A stretch of 64,000 nucleotides of DNA from NCBI GenBank assembly GCA_001871445.1, contig MNVD01000014.1, positions 28,776 through 92,775 of the forward strand, in the 5' to 3' direction. A program made the translations under genes and the position numbers. Positions 52,224 to 60,206 of the stretch are shown piece after piece; the stretch's first letter is position 1, and the number at the start of each line of letters is the position of its first letter. The stretch is from Candidatus Magasanikbacteria bacterium CG1_02_41_34. GTDB taxonomy: Bacteria; Patescibacteriota; Patescibacteriia; Magasanikbacterales; UBA922. The notes beneath the pieces were generated by a model. That model saw nothing but the letters and a program-made list of their open reading frames with translations, made no database searches and was not told the origin of the DNA.

Positions 52224-52907
52224 ATGAAAGATACCAAAAAAAAAGCAAAGAAACATACGCGTCCTGCGACACAAACCTATCTTCCAATTGCGGAGATTCG
52301 AGATGGCGTTGTCGTATTGAAGGATGGAACGCTGAGAAAAGTGCTGATAACATCGAGCATAAATTTTGCATTAAAATCAGAAGATGAACAAAACGCGCTT
52401 ATTTCTTCGTATGTTAGCTTTCTCAATTCGCTTGAATTTCCTATACAGATTGTTGTACAGTCGCGTCGTTTGCAGATCAAGCCATATCTTGCAAAACTGG
52501 TAGAAAAAGAAAAAAAACAAACAAGTGAGTTGTTGCGAGTACAAATTGCCGATTATCGTGCCTTTGTGGAGGAGCTTGTAGATATCGGGCAGATCATGAC
52601 AAAACGGTTTTATGTGGTTGTTCCGTATGATTCATTATCAAACAGAAAAAAAGGTTTTTTTGCTCAATTTAAGGAAGTTTTGAAGCCTGCGTTCACGGTT
52701 CGACTAAAGGATGAACGATTTCAAAAGAGAAAAGAAGATTTGGAAGTACGTGTGCGTCAGGTGATGGGAGGTCTCGATGGCATGTCACTCCAGACCGTCG
52801 AGCTTGACACCGAGGCACTCATCGAGCTCTACTATATGGGCTACAATCCCGACATTGCCTTTGCCGAAAGCCTCGGAGATGTCGATGCATTGCAGATAGA
52901 CACATAA
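52224..52907 (+). CDS. VirB4/PrgJ/TraC-type conjugative ATPase, N-terminal domain, encoded as a separate ORF.
   Basis: YLPIAEIRDGVVVLKDGTLRKVLITSSINFALKSEDEQNALISSYVSFLNSLEFPIQIVVQS is the characteristic VirB4 N-terminal segment. Stop TAA at 52905-52907. Confidence 0.6.
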   Translation: MKDTKKKAKKHTRPATQTYLPIAEIRDGVVVLKDGTLRKVLITSSINFALKSEDEQNALISSYVSFLNSLEFPIQIVVQSRRLQIKPYLAKLVEKEKKQTSELLRVQIADYRAFVEELVDIGQIMTKRFYVVVPYDSLSNRKKGFFAQFKEVLKPAFTVRLKDERFQKRKEDLEVRVRQVMGGLDGMSLQTVELDTEALIELYYMGYNPDIAFAESLGDVDALQIDT

Positions 52908-52978
52908 CACGAATCACGTAACACATAGCACGTAACAATTCTTAAAAAATGTGTTATGTGCTACGTGATATGTGATTC
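52908..52978. repeat. 71-bp palindromic element built from CACGTAACA / CACATAACA repeats, separating the two VirB4 ORFs.
   Basis: Left arm cacgaatcacgtaacacatagcacgtaaca, AT-rich loop aattcttaaaaaat, right arm tgttatgtgctacgtgatatgtgattcgtg. About 26 of 30 arm positions are complementary. Confidence 0.7.
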
Positions 52979-52990
52979 GTGAAAAATAGT

Positions 52991-54859
52991 ATGCCATTCA
53001 AACCACTCACAAGAAAAACAGCCAAAAAAGAGCGTGGTCATGACCCGAAAAAGGATTTGACCAAGGATGATCTTATCACGCTCGAAGAAGAGCGGCTGTA
53101 TCGAGAGGGTACTGTAGCAATCAAAGATTTGATTGCACCATCCGCTTTTCGTGTAGAATCAAACTTTCTTCAGCTTGGTGAAGTTTTTTTGCGCACCATG
53201 TATGTCATTACGTATCCAAGATACATTTCTGTTGGGTGGAGTTCGCCAATTTTGAATTTGAATTCAACCATGGACCTCTCGATGTTTTTTTATCCTGTAG
53301 AATCTGCATTGATTCTCAAACAACTCAAGAAAAAAGTTGGTGCACTCCAAGCACAGTTATCAGGTGATGCAGAAAAAGGGGCTCCACGTGATCCTCTGAG
53401 AGAAACAGCACTTCGTGATATCGAGCAACTCCGTGATGATTTGACGCAAGGTATTGAACATTTTTTTCAATTTGCTTTTTATGTAACGATTTATGCAAAT
53501 GATAGAAAGGAACTTGATACGTTGACAGAAGATTTAGAAAATATTTTTGGCACAAGACTTATTTATACCAAAAATGTTCTGTTTCAGTCAGAACAAGGAT
53601 TCACCTCCACTATGCCGCTCGGGATTGATGATTTGATGGTGGCATTCAATATGAATTCGTCTCCTATTGCATCATCATTTCCATTTATGTCGTCAGAACT
53701 TACCAGTGACGATGGTATTCTCTACGGCATCAATCGGCACAATAATAGTTTGATTTTGTTTGATAGATTTTCACTCCAAAATGCGAACATGGTTGTCTTT
53801 GCAACGTCTGGTGCTGGAAAATCCTATGCTGTAAAGCTCGAAGTGTTGCGTAGTCTTATGATGGGGATCGATGTGATTGTTATCGACCCAGAACGTGAGT
53901 ACGAGCATCTTTCCGAAGCTGTAGGTGGCACATATATCAATATTTCGCTTGCTTCAGAAGGAAAGGTTAATCCGTTTGATTTGCCGCGTCCTGTTGGAGA
54001 ACAAGTGTCAACAGAAGATATCATTCGTAGTGCGGTCATCACGGCAAAAGGATTACTTCGTATCATGCTTGGCACGGTGACGGCGACAGAGGATTCTCTT
54101 CTTGACCGCGCTCTTCTCGAGGCATATGCCAAAAAAGATATTACCTCGTCATCTGACCTTGCGACAGTGGAGCCACCCATTATGCAGGATCTGCTCGATG
54201 TTCTCGAAGGTATAGATGGAGCAAGTGAATTGGTTATTAAACTGAGCAAATATACCGACGGGACCTTTGCAGGATTGTTCAATGCACCTACCAATGTGGA
54301 CGTGAATAATGCACTTGTTATATTCAGTGTCAGAGATCTTGAGGATGAATTACGTCCAATGGCGATTTATACGTTGGTAAATTATATTTGGAATATTGTA
54401 CGCAGTGAACGAAAAAAACGGTTGCTTATTATTGATGAAGCCTGGTGGCTCATGCAACATGAAGACAGTGCGAAGTTTATTTTTGCACTGGTAAAACGTT
54501 GTCGAAAGTATTATCTAGGCGTGACAACAATCACACAGGATGTCAATGATTTTTTGAGTTCTCAATATGGACAAGCGATTGTGACGAACTCTGCCTTACA
54601 ACTTTTGCTCCGACAGTCGCCAGCATCTATAGATATGATCCAAAAGACATTTTTGCTTACAGAAGGAGAAAAATATTTATTGCTTGAAGGAGCTGTAGGT
54701 GAAGGTATATTTTTTGCTGGATTAAAGCACGCAGCTATCAAAGTCGTTGCATCGTATACAGAGGATCAGCTCATTACGTCAGATCCAGAGCAACTTATGC
54801 AGATAGAACAAGCCAAAAAAGATTTTGAACAACAAGTTATTAGCCCTGGTAGATCATAA
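52991..54859 (+). CDS. VirB4/PrgJ/TraC-type type IV secretion ATPase, ATPase domain.
   Basis: Walker A FATSGAGKSY and Walker B LLIIDEAWWLM (the DEAW signature). Preceded by the VirB4 linker region P.AF....LQLGEVFLRTMYVITYP. Alternative GTG start at 52979. Confidence 0.8.
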   Translation: MPFKPLTRKTAKKERGHDPKKDLTKDDLITLEEERLYREGTVAIKDLIAPSAFRVESNFLQLGEVFLRTMYVITYPRYISVGWSSPILNLNSTMDLSMFFYPVESALILKQLKKKVGALQAQLSGDAEKGAPRDPLRETALRDIEQLRDDLTQGIEHFFQFAFYVTIYANDRKELDTLTEDLENIFGTRLIYTKNVLFQSEQGFTSTMPLGIDDLMVAFNMNSSPIASSFPFMSSELTSDDGILYGINRHNNSLILFDRFSLQNANMVVFATSGAGKSYAVKLEVLRSLMMGIDVIVIDPEREYEHLSEAVGGTYINISLASEGKVNPFDLPRPVGEQVSTEDIIRSAVITAKGLLRIMLGTVTATEDSLLDRALLEAYAKKDITSSSDLATVEPPIMQDLLDVLEGIDGASELVIKLSKYTDGTFAGLFNAPTNVDVNNALVIFSVRDLEDELRPMAIYTLVNYIWNIVRSERKKRLLIIDEAWWLMQHEDSAKFIFALVKRCRKYYLGVTTITQDVNDFLSSQYGQAIVTNSALQLLLRQSPASIDMIQKTFLLTEGEKYLLLEGAVGEGIFFAGLKHAAIKVVASYTEDQLITSDPEQLMQIEQAKKDFEQQVISPGRS

Positions 54860-54870
54860 CCTTTGCATGT

Positions 54871-55467
54871 ATGTTGGATATTCGTCAACGTCTGTTTCTC
54901 ATTGTAAGTATTGCTGTTCTACTTGTCTTGGCAATTGTCTTGAGTATTCTGGGAATAAAAAAATACAATGATACCACGTCTGTGAAGCTAGATATTATAC
55001 AGCAAGAATCTGGTAGTGGTGAAGAGCAGCCTCAAATGTATGATGCATCACTCAATTTGCAGCCAGTCATAGGTGATCCTCAGCAGCTTGGAAGTGTACT
55101 TGCAAATGAAGACGAAACCGAACGTTTTGTACGGCAGCGTTCCATTGATTTTGTAGAACGTTTTCTTTCTTATTCCAATCAATCACGGAATACTCATATT
55201 CGTGATGTACTTCCTCTCGTCACACCTGAGATGGCGTCTTGGATAGAGACGCAGTCGCAACACTATAGTGATATCTATCAAGGTAGTACCACACAGGTCA
55301 TCGTGAGTCGTATCGAAAATGTGACAGACCAGACTGCCTCAGTTCATGTAGAAGCACAACAACATCTTGAATCAAAAGATATCGATGAACGGGTATATCA
55401 TGTGGGTCGTGTAGAACTCGTCGAGACAAATGGTGTATGGTATGTCGATGGGTTGTATTGGGAATAA
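54871..55467 (+). CDS. Membrane-anchored hypothetical protein; candidate VirB8/PrgL-like component.
   Basis: One N-terminal TM helix plus a compact C-terminal domain. Assignment is by size, topology and position only. Confidence 0.3.
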   Translation: MLDIRQRLFLIVSIAVLLVLAIVLSILGIKKYNDTTSVKLDIIQQESGSGEEQPQMYDASLNLQPVIGDPQQLGSVLANEDETERFVRQRSIDFVERFLSYSNQSRNTHIRDVLPLVTPEMASWIETQSQHYSDIYQGSTTQVIVSRIENVTDQTASVHVEAQQHLESKDIDERVYHVGRVELVETNGVWYVDGLYWE

Positions 55468-55494
55468 CCATGTATGGTATTTGTAAGGGGGGCT

Positions 55495-56190
55495 ATGAAA
55501 ACAGTGAAAGACTACCTCTTTCCTGTTTTTTGTTTGTCATGTGGAATAGAAGGGTTCTGGATGTGTGACAATTGTTTTAGTTTTATAGATATCACCACAC
55601 AATTGTTTTGTCCATTGTGTCATGAGAAAACATCTGCTGGGGAAGTGTGTCTCGTATGTATGAAAAAACAATTAACATCATTTCTTACGCAGCATATCGC
55701 AAGCACTATGTATGAAGAATCAGGACGTATTGGAAAAATTATTCATACATTAAAGTACGATTTTGCCGACGACAGCATGCCTGTGATTGAAAAGATTATT
55801 CAAACATGGGTAAAAAAACATAGAGATCATCTCCCAGACGTCGATGTGATTATTCCTGTCCCACTGCACAAAAAACGCTATGCCGAACGAGGATTCAACC
55901 AGGCAATATTGCTTGCTCGTGTGTTAGCAAAAGAGGGGGAAATTCCTATTGATGAAAACATACTTACACGTTCAAGAAATACGCCACATCAAGCTAGGCT
56001 CGATAGAGAAGGAAGGCTGCAGAATGTTAAGGAGGCATTCCATGTATTCACACTAGACAGTATACAAGGCAAACGTGTCTTATTAGTAGATGATGTGTAT
56101 ACCACAGGAGCCACTATGCAGACCTGTGCTGAGGCGCTTCTTGCTTCTGGGGCATCTTCTGTATATGGATGGACGTTGGCTCGTGGGTAA
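55495..56190 (+). CDS. comFC: ComF-family competence protein (ComFC; double zinc ribbon plus phosphoribosyltransferase domain).
   Basis: N-terminal CLSCG...CDNC...CPLC...CLVC and the PRTase motif VLLVDDVYTTGATM. RBS AAGGGGGG. Confidence 0.75.
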   Translation: MKTVKDYLFPVFCLSCGIEGFWMCDNCFSFIDITTQLFCPLCHEKTSAGEVCLVCMKKQLTSFLTQHIASTMYEESGRIGKIIHTLKYDFADDSMPVIEKIIQTWVKKHRDHLPDVDVIIPVPLHKKRYAERGFNQAILLARVLAKEGEIPIDENILTRSRNTPHQARLDREGRLQNVKEAFHVFTLDSIQGKRVLLVDDVYTTGATMQTCAEALLASGASSVYGWTLARG

Positions 56191-56240
56191 GTGTTTTTTT
56201 GTATAAAAAAAACAAAGTTGTATATGACTTTGTTTTTTTG

Positions 56241-56327
56241 CGGAGAGTGGAGGATTCGAACCCCCGGTCCTCTTTCAAGGACGACAGTTTAGTAAACTGC
56301 TGCTATAGACCGCTCAGCCAACTCTCC
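56241..56327 (-). tRNA. Class II tRNA (long variable arm), Ser-type; anticodon reads ACU in my fold, which is unusual.
   Basis: GGAGAGTTGGCTGAGCGGTCTATAGCAGCAGTTTACTAAACTGTCGTCCTTGAAAGAGGACCGGGGGTTCGAATCCTCCACTCTCCG. Discriminator G, T-loop TTCGAAT. Anticodon stem GCAGT/ACTGT with loop TTACTAA. Confidence 0.55.
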
Positions 56328-56445
56328 ATATGTCTCTCTGTGAGGAAAGGGTAGAATTCGTTCCGACAGATGTCGGGATTATTGTTCCCTGAAATCCTTC
56401 CTTTTTTTCTTTCAATACGATATTCTTTTTTTGGGAAAAACGTCC

Positions 56446-56531
<86 letters not shown>

Positions 56532-56549
56532 CGATATTTTGATGCACAG

Positions 56550-56636
56550 CGGAGGGATAGGGATTCGAACCCTAGGTGGACTTTCATCCACAACGGTTTT
56601 CAAGACCGCCGCCTTCGACCGCTCAGCCATCCCTCC
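56550..56636 (-). tRNA. tRNA-Ser (anticodon UGA).
   Basis: GGAGGGATGGCTGAGCGGTCGAAGGCGGCGGTCTTGAAAACCGTTGTGGATGAAAGTCCACCTAGGGTTCGAATCCCTATCCCTCCG. Anticodon loop CTTGAAA, long variable arm. Confidence 0.7.
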
Positions 56637-56766
56637 GCTTTACATCAAAATATATACGCTCTCTTAGAGAGAGCCTGAATAGTATAGCTTGTAATGCTAC
56701 ATTCGTCAATATATGTATGCAGAGGATTTCAAAAAATTAAAAAATTTGCTATAGTATAGCTATTAT

Positions 56767-57231
56767 ATGAACACACAAGGTGATGACATTTTTTCATTGA
56801 TTTTGGAGTCTCAAAAAGCCGATAGGCAGACACCAATCAATATATCCTCAAAGAAAAAAGAGGATGCATTTTCTGATTGGGCACCAACTGGAGAAGGTCG
56901 TCTTGCTATCGATGTCTATGACATGGATCAAGAGATTCTTGTCCTTGCACCAATGGCAGGCGTTGATCCCGAAACTGTGGATGTACATATTCATGAAGAT
57001 TTACTTTCTATCCGTGGTACACGACAAAAACCTGCATTAACAGATACGGCATCTGGACAGTATCATGCAGAGTGTTATTGGGGACCTTTTTCTCGAAGTA
57101 TTGTACTCCCTGCAGACGTTGTGTCAGGTGGGGCTGTTGCTGAATATACGCACGGACTTCTGAGCATCCGTATTCCAAAAGCAATGGAATCAAAAGGAAG
57201 AACAATTCCTATAGAAATTGTTGAAGAATAG
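56767..57231 (+). CDS. Hsp20/alpha-crystallin family small heat-shock protein.
   Basis: Alpha-crystallin domain pattern LAIDVYDMDQEILVLAPMAGVDPETVDVHIHEDLLSIRG...GLLSIRIPK. Confidence 0.8.
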   Translation: MNTQGDDIFSLILESQKADRQTPINISSKKKEDAFSDWAPTGEGRLAIDVYDMDQEILVLAPMAGVDPETVDVHIHEDLLSIRGTRQKPALTDTASGQYHAECYWGPFSRSIVLPADVVSGGAVAEYTHGLLSIRIPKAMESKGRTIPIEIVEE

Positions 57232-57233
57232 AT

Positions 57234-59318
57234 ATGGAACATGATGTGCAACAAGAATTGAAAGAAGTAACAAAAAAAATGCAAACAATTTCTTGGGGGC
57301 GCATTTGGGTATGGGTTGTTTCTTTTCTTGTTATATTGGGCATTGGTTTTGGGGGATTGGTCTCCTATGCGTCTTCATACGAAAACCGTGTATTGCCAGG
57401 AGTATCAATAGGGAGTGTCCATGTTGGTGGTATGGACAGGGAAGAATTGACAACGTTTTTTCGAGAGATGAATAATAAGTTGGTGGATGCAGGAATTGTT
57501 CTTTCCTTTGATATAAATGGAAATACACAGCGTGTGTATATAGAATCAAGTGTGGTGGCACAAGATGCTTTTTTTGAGTTGATTCAAATGAATGTAGAAC
57601 AAGAGGTTGAACAGTTGTTGTCATACCAAAAAACTGGAAATTTATTGATACGTGGGTGGTCAGCATTGCTTGTGCGTGTTTCAAAACCTCAATTAGAACT
57701 GACTACCGTTATGCTTGATAGAGAACGGTTCGAAGAAGTTGTTGCTGAAAAATTGGCTCCATATATAGAAGAGGCGCGGAATGCTGATATTGACGTTTCT
57801 AGCATACAGCCACTTCTTTTTACTACTGTGAGTTCGACTGTAGGTGTGACATTTGCATATCAAGATATTATTGGAAAAATTGTTGCAGCATGGAATGCTC
57901 TTGAAGTACCAGAAATTACTATTGTGCGTATTGTCCAAAAACCAACACTTGTAGAAGTCGACCTTCAGCCGTTGCTCAATCGTTTACCCTACGTGTTTGA
58001 TGGAGGAGATATTGATCTCACATATACAGATGAACAAACAAAAAAAGAATCTACTTGGACAATTTTTACTGATGATATCGCACAGTGGCTAGAAGTTCAA
58101 ATGCATGAAGACGCCGTTGGTTTTGGGCTCAATGCTTCGTCGACAAAAGCATTTTTGGAAGAAACTATTGCACAAGAGATAGATCAAGATGCCCGAGAAG
58201 CAAAATTTGCGATAGGGCAAAACAATAAAGTCAATGAGTTCCAAGGATCTCGGCCTGGTATAGTTGTAGACATAGATGCTCTATATACCTCTCTCAATGA
58301 GGCTGTACTTCAGCGTACATGGGATGATGGGAGATATGTGACGTCATTGCCAGTCATAGTCAAACAAGTAGAACCAGCGGTAAAAACAGGAGAAGTCAAT
58401 GACCTTGGTATTACTGAAATTCTGGGTACAGGATATTCCAATTTTAGTGGTAGTCCAACAAATCGTGTTAAAAATATTCGTCATGCCGTGGTCGATAAAT
58501 TGAATGGATTATTGATAAAGCCAGATGAAGTTTTTTCATTGCTTGGTGCACTGCAACCTTTTACGATAGAAGGTGGGTATTTACCAGAACTGGTTATTAA
58601 AGGAGATGAAATTAAACCTGAGGTTGCCGGTGGTCTTTGCCAAGTGGGAACAACTTTGTTTCGAAGCGTCATGAATGCAGGGCTTGATGTTGTCAGTCGC
58701 CGAAACCATTCCCTTGTGGTGAGTTATTATAATGACCAGCGCAATGGAAATCCTGGGACTGATGCAACTATTTATGATCCTGCACCTGATTTTACATTCA
58801 AAAATGACACTGGAAATTATATTCTTTTGACCACCAACATGAATACGCAAAATGGTGATTTGACGTTCACTTTTTGGGGAACTAATGATGGCAGAAAAGG
58901 ATATTACACTGAGCCTGTTGTTCACAGGTGGATTCCAACAGGACCAGCACAGACTATTGAGACGATTGATCTTGCACCCGGTGTGCGAAATTGTCAAAGT
59001 GCCCATCCTGGAGCAGAAACATCGTTTACGTATGTACGTGTTTTACCAAATGGAGAGGAAGAAAAAGAAGTGTTTAGCAGTTATTATCGTCCATTACCAA
59101 AAATTTGTCTTGTCGGTATAGAAAAGAAGATCATACCAGAGCAAACATGTGAAACGCTCCCAGATGGCAATATCAATTGTTCTATTATTGAACAAACAGG
59201 TGATATCGTGCAAGAAGGGGTTACTATGGAAGATGACATACCTACTATCAATGCAGATACACTGACGCAGCAGGATGTCCTTTCGCAAGAAGACATGGTA
59301 GATCCTGGACAAGCATAA
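57234..59318 (+). CDS. VanW-domain membrane-anchored protein (694 aa).
   Basis: N-terminal TM helix. VanW-like core EVAGGLCQVGTTLFRSVMNAG near residues 440-480. Confidence 0.6.
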   Translation: MEHDVQQELKEVTKKMQTISWGRIWVWVVSFLVILGIGFGGLVSYASSYENRVLPGVSIGSVHVGGMDREELTTFFREMNNKLVDAGIVLSFDINGNTQRVYIESSVVAQDAFFELIQMNVEQEVEQLLSYQKTGNLLIRGWSALLVRVSKPQLELTTVMLDRERFEEVVAEKLAPYIEEARNADIDVSSIQPLLFTTVSSTVGVTFAYQDIIGKIVAAWNALEVPEITIVRIVQKPTLVEVDLQPLLNRLPYVFDGGDIDLTYTDEQTKKESTWTIFTDDIAQWLEVQMHEDAVGFGLNASSTKAFLEETIAQEIDQDAREAKFAIGQNNKVNEFQGSRPGIVVDIDALYTSLNEAVLQRTWDDGRYVTSLPVIVKQVEPAVKTGEVNDLGITEILGTGYSNFSGSPTNRVKNIRHAVVDKLNGLLIKPDEVFSLLGALQPFTIEGGYLPELVIKGDEIKPEVAGGLCQVGTTLFRSVMNAGLDVVSRRNHSLVVSYYNDQRNGNPGTDATIYDPAPDFTFKNDTGNYILLTTNMNTQNGDLTFTFWGTNDGRKGYYTEPVVHRWIPTGPAQTIETIDLAPGVRNCQSAHPGAETSFTYVRVLPNGEEEKEVFSSYYRPLPKICLVGIEKKIIPEQTCETLPDGNINCSIIEQTGDIVQEGVTMEDDIPTINADTLTQQDVLSQEDMVDPGQA

Positions 59319-59707
59319 ATTTTGCTAAAATTAGCCAAAAAATACTCTTTCCACAGTACACACCTTGACAAAGGTGTGTTTGTGTGGTATAGTGAGCAAT
59401 CGGTTCATGAACCGTACAACTCTATCCCGCTTGCGGGACACATTATTATATTCGGCTGGACCGAATCGTACCAAGATATTATCGTATAGACTCGCAGTAA
59501 AGAAACGTGATAATGTGCTCTTTCATCGTACATCCTAGGAGATACAGTGAGTATTTATTAGATCGATTGCATATTCGTTTTAGTAAATACAACTCTGTAT
59601 CCACGACAAGCATGGAGGTGTGTCCTCGGCCTGCGTAGGCTCCGGCTCACACTTGAACAAGAACACACCTTCTTGGATACAGTTTCAGGGCATGCCCTGT
59701 ACATATG

Positions 59708-59748
59708 CAAAAAAAAGCTCGTTAGCCATATTGGTAGACGAGTTTTTT
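59708..59748. terminator. Bidirectional terminator-like hairpin.
   Basis: aaaaaaaa-gctcgttagccatattggtagacgagc-tttttt. Shares the core ccatattggtagacg with the terminator at 60157-60193. Confidence 0.5.
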
Positions 59749-59858
59749 GTTTGTTAGAGATATGGAGTTGTCCCCATCTGTTTTTACAACTACTGCATAC
59801 ATGTAAAGTATGGTATACTTTTAGTACTATTCTTTTATTTATTTTTTACCATTCTTTT

Positions 59859-60140
59859 ATGATGGCAAAATCATGTGGATGCACAGCATCCAAAGTACTC
59901 GGAGCGCTCGTTGTTATCGGCGCACTCAACTGGGGTTTGATTGGCCTCGGTGGATTTTTTGGTGGCAATTGGAACGTGGTCAATTTATTGCTCGGTAGTT
60001 GGGCATGGCTTGAATGGTTTGTATATCTCCTCGTCGGTGTAGCCGGTGTGATGATGTTGCTTGGTGGATGCAAGTGTCGCAAATGCAAGGCTTGCAATGG
60101 TGGTGACATGATGAAAAAAGATGCCAACATGTCTGCGTAA
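59859..60140 (+). CDS. DUF378-family small membrane protein with a Cys/Lys-rich C-terminus.
   Basis: VIGALNWGLIGLGGFFGGNWNVVNLLLG...WFVYLLVGVAGV is DUF378-typical. Start at MMAKS; the longer ORF start is rejected. Confidence 0.6.
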   Translation: MMAKSCGCTASKVLGALVVIGALNWGLIGLGGFFGGNWNVVNLLLGSWAWLEWFVYLLVGVAGVMMLLGGCKCRKCKACNGGDMMKKDANMSA

Positions 60141-60156
60141 GTGTTTTGACTCGAAT

Positions 60157-60193
60157 AAAAAAAACGTCTACCAATATTGGTAGACGTTTTTTT
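60157..60193. terminator. Bidirectional rho-independent terminator (perfect 24-bp palindrome).
   Basis: aaaaaaaa-acgtctaccaatattggtagacgt-ttttttt. Serves the plus-strand DUF378 gene and the minus-strand gene ending at 60207. Confidence 0.7.
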
Positions 60194-60206
60194 ATATGTA
60201 CAAGAT

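Noticed and set aside
56241-56327. Alternative cloverleaf for the first class-II tRNA using GTCC/AGGAC as the anticodon stem (loop TTGAAAG, anticodon GAA).
   Set aside because: That register destroys the D-arm and acceptor geometry. The Ser-type fold with a long variable arm is far more consistent, though its ACU anticodon remains suspicious and needs software confirmation.
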